Assembly (NCBI GenBank): GCA_026936335.1
Contig: JAPMXV010000054.1
Coordinates: 1 to 64,000, forward strand
DNA length: 64,000 nt
From: Mantamonas sphyraenae STR306
Taxonomy: Eukaryota > Protista > CRuMs
Reading direction: 5' to 3'
The position numbers and the translations under genes are program-made. A model generated the notes under the pieces. That model worked only from the letters and a program-made list of their open reading frames with translations. It searched no databases and had not been told where the DNA came from. This document shows, piece by piece, positions 25,602 through 37,205 of this stretch (position 1 is its first letter; each line of letters opens with the position of its first letter).

Positions 25602-27380
25602 ATGACCACACAGGGGGCAGTCGACTGGACCACCCTGTTGCGCGACGGCGACGAGAAGCAGATTTGTTCCGCGTTGGAGGCTGCAGGAAAGGCAAGGCGA
25701 GGAAACGAGAGCGTGCAATGGCCGTGCCGAGCTGCTGACACGCGTCGTCAAAACCAGGAATTGGATCTTGCGCAAAGACGTGTCGAAAAGTCTGCCGCGG
25801 CCACAGATGTGTTGGACGCTTTTCACAACAGAATCGGTGTCCACGAAGCAGGCGCACTGGCCAAAGCACTGGAGGCGAACACAACCATCCAAACACTGGA
25901 CTTGTCTTTGCAAAGCACATGCGATGACGGAGCGGTGGCATTGGCCGCCGCACTGGCAACAAACACGTGTTTGCGCACACTGAATCTGAAAGGCAACTGC
26001 ATAGGGGCCGAGGGGACAGCTGCACTTGCCCAAGGATTGTCACAGAATACTTCTTTGCAGGGATTGCATCTTGGGGCGAACAGCATTGGCGCAGAAGGAG
26101 CTGCTGCACTTGCACAGGCTTTGGTTGTGAGTGTGCATCTGACCTCACTGGACCTCACCAACTGCGACATCGGCACCCGTGGGGCGTGCGCACTGGCCGT
26201 TGCACTGGAAGAGAATCACGGGTTGTGCACACTAAACCTCAACCACAACAACATCGGCCCAAGAGGAGCAACCGCGTTGGCCACCGCCGCTGTGGCACGG
26301 ACCTGCAGCTTGGAGATGCTCACGCTCGGCGACAACGTGGTCGGCGCAGACGGAGCAGCAGCCATGGCCAACGCATTGCGTGGAAACCACTGTTTGCAGA
26401 CACTGGACCTCAGCGCCAACTGGATCGGGGCAGAAGGGGCTGCAGCACTGGCCAAGGGGCTGCAAGGAAACACCAGCCTGCAGGAGCTCAACCTCGATCG
26501 CAACGCCATCGTCTCGGAAGGAGCCACAGTGCTGGCCGAAGCGCTGGAGGGAAGCAGCAGTTTGCAGACGCTGACACTGGGGAGAAACGGAATCGGGCCG
26601 GAAGGGGCCGCGGCTCTGGCCAGGGCACTGCAGAAGAACGTCAGCTTGCACACACTGGACCTGAACAACAACAGCGTCGGAGAGCATGGGACCACAGTGC
26701 TGGCCGAAGCGCTGGAGGGAAGCAGCAGTTTGCAGACGCTGAAACTTGTCAGGAACGGCGTCGGCCCGGACGGGGCCGTGGCTCTGGCCAGAGCTTTGGA
26801 GAGGAACCGCAGCCTGCAGAGACTGTTCCTGCGAAACAATAGAATGGGTGCACAGGGGGCAAAGGCGCTGGCCGAGGCACTGGAGGAGAACAGGAGCTGC
26901 TGGGAAATCGACGGCATCGGGCAGAGTGCGACCACAGCAAGAAATCGTGACATGGCCCATTCGTTCGTGATGAGTGCTGGACGAGGAGATGCCAAGGCGA
27001 TGGAGGAGCTGCTGGCTTGGGGGGTGTCTGTGGACACGTGTGCAGGGGATGGAGGAGGCAAGGAGGAGACTGCGTTGGTGAGTGCTGTGCGACGCGAGGA
27101 TGAGGCAGTGGTCGAGTTGTTGCGAGCGTGGGGTGCGAAGCCGAGGATGGAAACGGTAAAGATGGTGAGGGAGGGAGGGTGGAGGAAGGCGTGGCATTGG
27201 ATTGGATGGGGTTGTGTGATGGATGTGGCGATGGAGACGGCGCTGGTGATGAATGGGGAGGAGAGGGAGGTGATGTTTGCGTGTGGTGGCATGGGAGGGT
27301 ATGAGGCGACGTGTGATTGGTGGACGGTGCCGGATGAGCTGATGGAGAGGGTGTTGGAGTGGCTGGCCAAGGGAGCGTGA
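25602..27380 (+). CDS. LRR-ANK-F-box-like family member 4 (inverted, ~14 LRRs); probable GC-AG intron 25692-25757
   Basis: MTTQGAVDWTTLLRDGDEKQICSALEAAGK, LRRs, SAGRGDAKAMEELLAWGVSVD, WWTVPDELMERVLEWL. Confidence 0.88.
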   Translation: MTTQGAVDWTTLLRDGDEKQICSALEAAGKARRGNESVQWPCRAADTRRQNQELDLAQRRVEKSAAATDVLDAFHNRIGVHEAGALAKALEANTTIQTLDLSLQSTCDDGAVALAAALATNTCLRTLNLKGNCIGAEGTAALAQGLSQNTSLQGLHLGANSIGAEGAAALAQALVVSVHLTSLDLTNCDIGTRGACALAVALEENHGLCTLNLNHNNIGPRGATALATAAVARTCSLEMLTLGDNVVGADGAAAMANALRGNHCLQTLDLSANWIGAEGAAALAKGLQGNTSLQELNLDRNAIVSEGATVLAEALEGSSSLQTLTLGRNGIGPEGAAALARALQKNVSLHTLDLNNNSVGEHGTTVLAEALEGSSSLQTLKLVRNGVGPDGAVALARALERNRSLQRLFLRNNRMGAQGAKALAEALEENRSCWEIDGIGQSATTARNRDMAHSFVMSAGRGDAKAMEELLAWGVSVDTCAGDGGGKEETALVSAVRREDEAVVELLRAWGAKPRMETVKMVREGGWRKAWHWIGWGCVMDVAMETALVMNGEEREVMFACGGMGGYEATCDWWTVPDELMERVLEWLAKGA

Positions 27381-27859
27381 GCCAAGTGACATCATTGGAA
27401 CGCATTGCACCTTCAATTCTTCTCCCCTTTCTTTATCACTCACCCTCCTTTTTCGCCCTGCTGCTCCCCGTGCTCCTCCCCGCCTGCTGTGTCCACACTT
27501 TGGTGCCATCATCGCCCGTTCACATTTGGTTGTCCATGCTTTGCATTCCCCATCCAACCCGTCACGTAAACACTGCCATCGGCGCCAACCACAACGCCCT
27601 TGCCCCCCCCCCCCCCGGTCGTCACTCCATGTGCCCCACACCCGAGTCAACAATTGATTCCCATCAAAACCACACATCTCCGTTGTCCAAATGCACTTGG
27701 CCGTCCAGCGTGCCACACACACACACACTGCTGTGCGGTTGGTCGCATCGCAAGCCACGGCGGCTTGTAGCATCCGCAAATGAATGAATGTGCCCTCACA
27801 CGCGGGTCCACGCCTTGGTCAGCACCAAATCCTTGTCGCCCACATTAGCTTGGCCATCA

Positions 27860-29450
27860 CACCGCCTGGTACGTGCGTCCAGAGACGTACCCATCCATGG
27901 CTACGACAGGGTCCCCATGTCCAGCCTCCCAGGGTACTGGGTGTTCACCAGCGTCCCGTCTGTGCCACGTTCCTGGACAACGACAGGGAGAGACGCCGTC
28001 GGACTCTGTGCCCAGCTGGTCGTAGCTCATTGCGACAGTGCCCACGTTGCCATTGCTTCGAATGCCCACTGCTGCACCACGCAGGTTGGATTGCCGACCA
28101 ATGAACCCACCCACAGCACATGTGCTGTGTGTCCGAGTCCCATCATCATCACCAAACACTGCCCCTCGACTGGTCACTCCCTCCCGGCCATTGCCTCCCT
28201 TGAGAGGAGTCCACCCATCCGCCACAGATGCACTGTCTGCCACAGCGCTGACCCTTTGCCCACTTGGCACCCACCCGCACATGCCACTGCGTCGTACCCC
28301 CTTTGTCGACACCCCGAGTGGCCAGTCCGTCCGACCGTGGTTCACCCGCGGGTCCTCCACTGCAATCGATTCGGCTGCAACCAGCACACTGCTCCATGCC
28401 ACTTGCCACACCATAGCCCGCAACTCGCACCAAGATAGCACACGTCGTTCTGTCCCTTGGCCGATCCTGGGCCAGTCACGACCAAATCCGCCAGCCTCCA
28501 TGGCACAACCCCCCCCCCCAAAGGAACCCGCCTCGCTGGCAGTAATGCCCCACTCCTGCCTCCAGCTCTTTGCTCTCGTTGCTCTCTTCCACAGCGTTTG
28601 CACACATTGTCCTGTTGCCCAGCGTGTGTGGGTTGCCATCCACAGAGGCGATCGCAAAGCCAGTGCCATACACGTCGTCGTCACCGTCCACAACGACGCC
28701 GTACCCAAAGACGTGTCGTGTGCGCCCGCACCGATGCCCCAAAGACGCGTCCACACCCTTGGCCCCGTCTGCACTCCACTTGGTCAGGATCATGGTCTGC
28801 AGCTGTCCGCGTGGTTGTCTCTGCCTCCAGTGCACCTCCACCTTCAGACCCATGTGACAACACACACGCTTCCCATGTGTGTGTGAGATCGACCGCACCA
28901 CCCATTCCCCTTCCCGCAGTCATTGCTGCTGATGCCCCCATTTTGCTTCGTCCACACGAATGTTCCATTTGCTCGCCCACTTGTTCACAACGATATCGAG
29001 GCCACCGCCATCGGTGTGTGCCGTCTGTGACCCGGAGCTCTGCACGGCGACGCTTGCACCCTGCTCATGATGGGTGCTGCTTCCCCATGGTCGCATCCAC
29101 ACCCGGCTGCCATCCTTTGCATCAGTCTTGCTCGGGAACACGTCGTCCAGTCCAACGTGCTTTGTGTCCTTGCAAACTGCCCCGAGTGAGCCCCGTTGCT
29201 TCCTCTTCTCCCGAGATGCAAACCTGTCGATCCACCCCCACTGTTGGGTACACCCTCTCGTCCCGTTCGGCATCCAGCGGAAGCACGATAATGGTTGGTA
29301 CCCGTCCCTGGAAAGGAAAGCCCGTCCACTGGACCATAGGTGTGTCCACGTTGCTGGCATCCCGAAGCCCCGCAGCGTTTCTCCTCAGAGCCCCTCGTCG
29401 GGCTCTGTCCATGTCCAGGCTCCCTCCGCCGCGTGTCCACACATGCCAAC
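27860..29450 (-). pseudogene. Possible decayed WD40-like gene remnant
   Basis: Only scattered fragments (WATGQCVQTL, SLQGHK, GDDDGT) in different frames. Confidence 0.2.
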
Positions 29451-29664
29451 CATACAGTTCAAGGCCAGTGCAAAGAGACGAGAAGATTTCCCTCGTTTGA
29501 TCATTGTTTGGCTGCCCTGCGCGCCTGCGTCAGTGTTGTCTTCTTCCACATCGCCGCACAACCCTCCAACACAAACCCACCAAAGCAACTCCAACGATAG
29601 ACTGAATCGCATTGGATGCACGTATCGCCACGCGTGGACCTGTGCACTTCAGCATGGTGTGGTG

Positions 29665-31020
29665 TCACAGATGGCCGATCCACGTTGCCACACGTTCCAT
29701 CACCTCGTCTGGAACGGTGCTCCACAGGGCCGTGGGAACATACCCTTCCATCCCTCCTGCTTCAAACATCACATCCCGCTCCTCAGCGTTCATGGCCAGG
29801 ACGACTTCCAATGCGGTGTCTTGCTCCACGGTGCCCAACACCCAATGCCACGGTTTCCGCCATTCCCAGTTTGAACCCCCGATCGACTTTGTGAATGCAT
29901 ACGTCGCCTGTGCCCCCCAATGCCTCAGTTGTGCAACCACATCATCCTGTCTGGCTTCCATGGCCAGCTGCAAGGCGGTTTGCCCGTGCTCGCCTGCCCG
30001 AGCGTCCACAGCGACACCCCACTCTCTCAACTCGCCCATGGTGGCAATATCGCCACGCTGTGCAGCCTTTGTAAACTTCCTCGCTTGTGTCAAGTTGAAC
30101 ACCCTCTTGCAGCAGTCGATGCGCAAGCAAGTCGTGTTGTTGGTCAAAGCAGTCGTCAATTCCGTTTGCCCCAAGTCGTTGATGGGATTCTTGGCCAGAT
30201 CAAGAATCTGCAGAGTGCTGTTTGAATGCAGGGCTGTGGCGATGGCGATGGCTCCGTCGTCATCGATGCTGTTGTGGTAGAGATTCAGAGACTGCAGGGT
30301 GCTATTTGCCAACAGAGCAGTGGCCAATGCAACAGCGCCTTTGCATTCGATGTGGTTGTGGGCGAGTGAAAGGTCTGTCAGCCTGACGTTGTGTGTGAGC
30401 GCTGCAGCGAGGGCCTCTGCGCCTTGGCAGCTGATTTGGTTGTGGGTGAGTGTCAAGATGCACAGAGAAGTGTTTGCAGAAATCCAACTGGCCAACGAGG
30501 CGGCAAAGGCGTCGCCAACGGTGTTGAAGGCGACGTTTAGCTCTTTCAGCGTGTTGTTTGCATCCAGACGGAACGACTCGTTTGCGAGGTTGGTTTTCAG
30601 GAGACTGAGGGAGAGCAGAGAGTTGTTGTGGTTCAACGACTCGATGATTGCAATGCATCCTATGCTTTCGATGACATTGCTGTTCAACTTTAGCGTGTGG
30701 ACGGTTGTGTTGGCGGTGAGGGCCTTGGCAAGGGCGGTTGCGCCGTGATGGCCTACACCGCTCCGTGTGAGGTCCAGGACTTGGAGGGTGGTGTTTCCGG
30801 CAATGCCAAAAGATGCCAAAGAGGCGATTTGGGTGTCTGTGAGCTGCCATTGCCGCAGTGAGAGCGACTTGAGAGCGGGGGTGGGGTGGAGGCGAGTCAG
30901 GGCAGGTCCTTGCGCAGCAGCAAGGGGGAATGCGATTCAGCGTACTTTCCCAGCGTGTGTCAGTGCCTCTTCAATAGACCATGGGTCGGAGGGGGAATCC
31001 AGCAGGTGATTCCAGTCCAT
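29665..31020 (-). CDS. LRR-ANK-F-box-like family member 5 (divergent)
   Basis: Exon 1 MDWNHLLDSPSDPWSIEEALTHAGK with GTACGC donor; LRRs; clear ankyrin AAQRGDIATMGELREWGVAVDARAGEHGQTALQLA; WSTVPDEVMERVATWI. Confidence 0.85.
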
Positions 31021-31097
31021 GGTGGTTGGTTTGGGTGCGCAAAGGACGCAGGGAAGACTTTGCGCAGACACAAACCCAGTGGTGTTCATTCCCCACC

Positions 31098-34000
31098 TCA
31101 CCCAGCCACCACGGCCCACCCAATCACCCTCTCCATCACCTCATCCGGCAGTGTTACCCACTGTGCAGTCGGTTCGTACGCATCCATCCCTCCACATTCA
31201 AACATCACCTCCCTCTCCTCCGCATTCATCACCAATGCCACCTCCATCGCCTCATCCACCTGTCCACCCCATCCAATGCGTTGACCATCTCCTGGTTGCT
31301 GAGGGATGGGTCTGCGCCGTTGGAGACAAGCAACTGACAACTTCGGGGTGGTTGAGACGGGCAGCCACACTGAGTGCGGTCCACCCTCCGATTGGTAGCA
31401 TTCACATCGGCTCCACTCTCCATCAGCTTGTTCACTGTGCCCATGTGAACCCTTGCAATGCTGCAAGCGTCAGTGCTGTCCACCCGTCCTTTCCGGTCGC
31501 ATTCACATCGCCTCCACACTCAATCAGCTTGACAACTGTCTCCGTGTGTCTGTTGTCCGCTGCAAGCATCAATGCAGTTACCCCGTCATCCCTGGCAGCA
31601 TTCACATCCCCTCCACATTCAATCAACTTGCTCACAATCGCCGTGTGTCCTTTCAATGCTGCGAGCATCAGTGCAGTCCACCCCCTCCTTCCCAGCAGCA
31701 TTCCCGTCCGCTCCACATTCAATCAGCTTGCCCACCGTCTCCGTGTGTCCGTTCTGTGCTGCAATCATCAATGCAGTCAGCCCGTGCTCCTTCGCGGCAT
31801 TAACGTCGGCTCCACATTCAATCAGCTTGCCCACAGTCTCCGTGTGTCCGTTCTCTGCTGCTATCATCAATGCAGTCCACCCCTTCTCCTTCGCAGCATT
31901 CACTTCCGCTCCACATTCAATCAGCTTGCTCACAATCGCTGTGTGTCCTTTCAATGCTGCGAGCATCAGTGCAGTCCACCCCCCCTTCCCAGCAGCATTC
32001 ACATCGCCTCCACATTCAATCAGCTTGCCCACAGTCTCCGTGTGACCGTTCTGCGCTGCAAACAGTAATGCAGTTACCCCGTCATCCCTGGCAGCATTCA
32101 TATCGCCTCCACTTTCAATCAGTTTTTCCACTGTCACCGTATGTCCTTTCTCTGCTGCACTGATCACTGCAGTCGCTCCGTTCTCCTTCGTGGCATTCAC
32201 ATCGCCCCCACACTCAATCAGCTTGCTCACAGTCTCCGTGTGTCCGTTCTGCGCTGCTATCATCAATGCAGTCAGCCCGTCCTTCAAAGCAGCATTCACA
32301 TCGCCTCCACATTCAATCAGTAGTCCCACTGTCTCCGTGTGTCCGATCTCTGCTGCAAGCATCAATGCAGTCCACCCGTCCTTCAAAGCAGCATTCACAT
32401 CGCCTCCACACTCAATCAGTAGTCCCACTGTCTCCGTGTGTCCGTTCTCTGCTGCGAGCATCAATGCAGTCCATCCCTTCTCCTTCGCAGCATTCACCTC
32501 CGCTCCACATTCAATCAGCTTGCCCACTGTCTCCGTGTGACCATTCTCTGCTGCAAGCATCAATGCAGTCCACCCATCCTTTTCGGCAGCATTCACATCC
32601 CCTCCACATTCAATCAGCTTGCCCACTGTCTCCGTGTGTCCGTTCTCTGCTGCAAGCATCAATGCAGTCTCCCCGACCTCCTTCGCAGCATTCACGTCTT
32701 CGCCAAGCCCAACCAGCTGCTCCACCTCCCTCGTCCATCCATTACCCGCTACTACCATCATCAGCGTCTCCCCTTTGTCCCCTCTCCACTGAATCCTTTC
32801 CATCCTCCCGACTGCCATCATCAGCTCCAACACCTCCAACCCAGCTTCTGCCACTCCCCTCCCAACCCACTGCACCACCCTCTCCATCACCTCATCCGGC
32901 AGAGTCACCCACCCATCCCACCCTCTCTCCTCCACATACTCATCCATCCCCCCACACTCAAACATCGCCTCCCTCTCCTCCCCGTTCATCACCAACGCCA
33001 CCTCCATCGCCTCATCCACCTGCTCACCCCATCCAATCCAATGCCACGCCTTCCTCCACCCTGCCTCTCTCACCATATCCACCGTTTTCACCCTCGGCCT
33101 CGCACCCCACTCCCGCAACACCTCTACAACCTCCTCATCCCCACCCTTCACAGCTCTCTCCAGCGCATTCACCGTCCCCCCTTCTCCTGCAAACGTGTCC
33201 ACAGGCACACCCCACGTTCTCAACGCAGCCATCTTCTCCACACCCCCACACTCCACAAACGCCACATGCTTCTCCGTGTTTCTCTCCAGCAGTGACTGCA
33301 ACGCGTCATTGAGAACGCCGGCGATTTTCCAGCACGACCGATTCACATTCATCGCCTGAGCAAGTGTTGCTGCTCCTTCGTCCCCGATGCTGTTGAACCC
33401 AAGTTCCAGTGTCTGCAAGGTGCTGTTCTCACGCAGTGCCCGCCCCAGTGCTGCTGCTCCTTCGTCCCCGATGCTGTTGCCTAAGAGGTCAAGCGACTGC
33501 AAGCTGCTGTTCTCACTCAATGCCTGCCCCAGTGTTGCTGCTCCTTCAACCCCAATTCCGTTCCAGCTGAGGTCCAGTGTCTGCAAGCCGATGTTCCCAC
33601 TCAGTGCCAGCGCCAGCACAGATGCTCCTTCTACCCCGATGCCGTTGCTCCTGAGTTTCAGTGTCTGCAAGCTGCTATTCTCATTCAACCCCTGCGCCAG
33701 TGCTGCTGCTCCTTCCGCCCCGATGCCGTTCAAGCTGAGGTCCAGTGTCTGCAAGCAGATGTTCCCACCCAGTGCCAGCGCCAGCGCTGCTGCTCCGTCG
33801 TACCCGATGCTGTTGCTGTTGAGGTCCAGTGTCTGCAAGCTGTTGTTCTCATTCAGTGCCTGCCCCAGTGCTGCTGCTCCGTCGTACCTTATGCCGGTTT
33901 TGGTGAGGTCCAGTGTCTGCAAGCTTCTGTTCTTACTCAGTGCCTGCCCCAGCACAGATGCTCCTTCGTACCCGATGCTGTTGTTTCTGAGGCTCAGTGT

Positions 34001-34465
34001 CTGCAAGCTTCTGTTCTCATTCAGTGCCTGTGCAAATGCCGCCGCTCCTTCTTCCCCAATGCCGTTGTTCCCGAGGTGCAGTGTCTGCAAGCTGCTGTTC
34101 TCCCTCAGTGCCTTTGCCAGCGCTGCTGCTCCTTCGTCCCCGATGGTGTTGTCATCGAGGTCCAGTGTCCGCAAGCTGCGATTCTCAGCCAGCGCCTTGG
34201 CCAGCGCAACTGCTTCTTTGTCTCCCAGCTCCACACTTGCAAGGTCCAACTCCTGTGTGCGAGGTGTCAACACACGTCCCTCTTTGCCCTCCCTGCACCC
34301 ATTGTGCGACGATCAAAACGTCGCGCTCAAAAAGCCCGGCTCCCTCTCACGCCAACGTACCCTTCCCTGAGCCTCCAAAGCATCCACAATCCGCTCATGC
34401 TCCCCACTCTGCAACAATGTCACCAATTCATCACTTCCCAGGCCCATGCTCCTGTGATCTGCCAT
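31098..34465 (-). CDS. LRR-ANK-F-box-like family member 6, chimeric: 11 LRRs, module, ~14 canonical ankyrin repeats, then a second truncated module; frameshifts at ~31680 and ~31450-31280
   Basis: ORF 31619-34273 reads through the module (LPDEVMERVVQWVGRG) into GWTALMLAAENGHTETVGKLIECGGDVNAA repeats. 31098-31275 encodes IGWGGQVDEAM...LPDEVMERVIGW again. Confidence 0.8.
31330..32720 (-). repeat. 99-bp ankyrin-repeat tandem array
   Basis: Units containing gcattcacatcgcctccacattcaatcagcttgcccac recur at 99-bp period. Confidence 0.93.
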
Positions 34466-37205
34466 GAGCGTCAGCTTCGCGCTTCCCTCTCTGCCCAACA
34501 TTCTTCTCCAATCTCCCACACCCACGCATGCCCCCTATGACCCCGCCCATGCCTACCCTATGAAAGTTCTGTATTGTACGTATGCACGATGCGCTGGGTG
34601 CACCACCGCACGCATGTCAAGGAGCGCCTGGGCCCCACGTTCTCCGCTCACCCTCCCCTCCCAACCCACCCCACCACCCTCTCCATCACCTCATCCGGCA
34701 GTGTCACCCACCCTCCCCACCCTCCCTCCTCCACATACGCCTCCATCCCACCACACTCAAACATCGCTTCTCTCTCCTCCTTGTTCAACACCAACGCCAC
34801 CTCCATCGCCTCATCCACCTGTCCACCCCATCCAATCCAATGCCACGCCTTCCTCCACCCTGCCTCTCTCACCATATCCACCGTTTTCACCCTCGGCCTC
34901 GCACCCCACTCCCGCAACACCTCCACAATCTCCCCATCCCCACCCTTCACAGCTCTCTCCAGCGCATTCAACGTCCCCGCCTCTCCCGCAAATGTGTCCA
35001 CAGGCACACCCCACGTTCTCAACGCAGCCATCTTCTCCACATCCTCACACTCCACAAACTCCACATGCTTCTCCGTGTTTCTCTCCAGCAGTGACTGCAA
35101 CGCGTCATTGAGAACGCCGGCGATTTTCCAGCACGACCGATTCACATTCATCGCCTGAGCAAGTGTTGCTGCTCCTTCGTCCCCGATGCTGTTGAACCCA
35201 AGTTCCAGTGTCTGCAAGGTGCTGTTCTCACGCAGTGCCCGCCCCAGTGCTGCTGCTCCTTCGTCCCCGATGCTGTTGCCTAAGAGGTCAAGCGACTGCA
35301 AGCTGCTGTTCTCACTCAATGCCTGCCCCAGTGCTGCTGCTCCTTCGTCCCCAATGCTGTTGTCCCAAAGGTCAAGTGTCTGCAAGCTGCTATTCTCACG
35401 CAACCCCTGCGCCAGTTTTGTTGCTCCTTCTACACCGATTCTGTTGTCACTTAGGTCAAGTTTCTGCAACCTGCTGTTCTCACTGAGTCCCTGCCCCAGC
35501 GCTGCCGCTCCTTCATCCCTTATTCCGTTCCAGCCGAGGTCCAGCGTCTGCAAGCTGCTGTTCTCACTCAGTGCCTGCCCCAACGCTGCTACTCCTTCGT
35601 CCCCGATGCTGTTGCTCTGGAGGTCCAGCGTCTGCAAGCTGCTGTTCTCGCTCAGTACCGATGCAAGTGCGGCTGCACCTTCTCCACCGATGTTGTTGTT
35701 CTGGAGGTCGAGTGTCTGCAAGCTACTGCTTTCACTCAGCGCCTGGGCCAGTGCTGCTGCTCCTTCGACCTCAATGCTGTTGTCGCCGAGGTCCAGCTTT
35801 TGCAAGCTGCTGTTCTCACTCATCGCCTGCGCAAGTGACACTGCTCCTTCTGCCCAGATGCCGTTGTAGCTAAGGATCAGTGTCCGCAAGCTGCACTTCC
35901 CACTCAGTGCCTGCGCCAGTGTTGCTGCTCCTTCAACCCCAATTCCGTTCCAGCTGAGGTCCAGTGTCTGCAAGCTGCTGTTCTCCCACTCAGTGCCAGC
36001 GCCAGCACAGATGCTCCTTCTACCCCGATGCCGTTGCTCCTGAGTTTCAGTGTCTGCAAGCTGCTATTCTCATTCAACCCCTGCGCCAGTGCTGCTGCTC
36101 CTTCCGCCCCGATGCCGTTCAAGCTGAGGTCCAGTGTCTGCAAGCAGATGTTCCCACCCAGTGCCAGCGCCAGCGCTGCTGCTCCGTCGTACCCGATGCT
36201 GTTGCTGTTGAGGTCCAGTGTCTGCAAGCTGTTGTTCTCATTCAGTGCCTGCCCCAGTGCTGCTGCTCCGTCGTACCCTATGCCGGTTTTGGTGAGGTCC
36301 AGTGTCTGCAAGCTTCTGTTCTTACTCAGTGCCTGCCCCAGCACAGATGCTCCTTCGTACCCGATGCTGTTGTTTCTGAGGCTCAGTGTCTGCAAGCTTC
36401 TGTTCTCATTCAGTGCCTGTGCAAATGCCGCCGCTCCTTCGTACCCAATGCCGTTGTTCCCGAGGTGCAATGTCTGCAAGCTGCTGTTCTCGCTCAGTGC
36501 CTTTGCCAGCGCTGCTGCTCCTTCGTCCCCGATGGTGTTGTCATCGAGGTCCAGTGTCCGCAAGCTGCGATTCTCAGCCAGCGCCTTGGCCAGCGCAACT
36601 GCTTCTTTGTCTCCCAGCTCCACACTTGCAAGGTCCAACTCCTGTGTGCGAGGTGTCAACGCGCGTCCCTCTTTGCCCTCCCTGCACCCATTGTGCGACG
36701 ATCAAAACGTCGCGCTCAAAAAGCCCGGCTCCCTCCCACGCCAACGTACCCTTCCCTGAGCCTCCAAAGCATCCACAAACCGCCCATGCTCCCCACTCTG
36801 CAACAATGTCACCAATTCATCACTTCCAAGGCCCATGCTCCTGTGATCTGCCATGAGCGTCAGCTTCGCGCTTCCCTCTTTGCCCAACTTGCTTCTCCAA
36901 TCTCCCACACCCACGCATGCCCCCTATGACCCCGCCCATGCCTACCCTATGAAAGTTCTGTATTGTGCGTATGCACGATTCGCTGGATGCACCACCGCAC
37001 GCATGTCAAGGAGCGCCTGGGCCCCACGTTCTCCACTCACCCTCCCCTCCCAACCCACCCAATCACCCTCTCCATCACCTCATCCGGCAGTGTCACCCAC
37101 CCTCCCCACCCTCCCTCCTCCACATACGCCTCCATCCCACCACACTCAAACATCGCTTCTCTCTCCTCCTTGTTCATCACCAACGCCACCTCCATCGCCT
37201 CATCC
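32860..37205. repeat. Recent tandem segmental duplication (~32860-34815 vs ~34660-37205), second copy carrying 588 extra bp
   Basis: Offset is 1799 at 33311/35110, 2387 at 33581/35968 and 2389 at 33601/35990. Intron, exon 1 and upstream DNA are almost identical. Confidence 0.9.
34648..36854 (-). CDS. LRR-ANK-F-box-like family member 7 (duplicate of member 6 with 7 extra LRRs; +2 frameshift at ~35984, possibly a pseudogene)
   Basis: ORFs 35904-36659 and 34648-35973; exon 1 MADHRSMGLGSDELVTLLQSGEHGRFVDALEAQGR with GTACGT donor. Confidence 0.8.

Noticed and set aside
19430-36600. CRISPR-like or DGR-like repeat/variable pattern
   Set aside because: Periods of 84, 99 and 69 bp are in-frame LRR and ankyrin codons; no cas or reverse transcriptase gene, and the context is eukaryotic.
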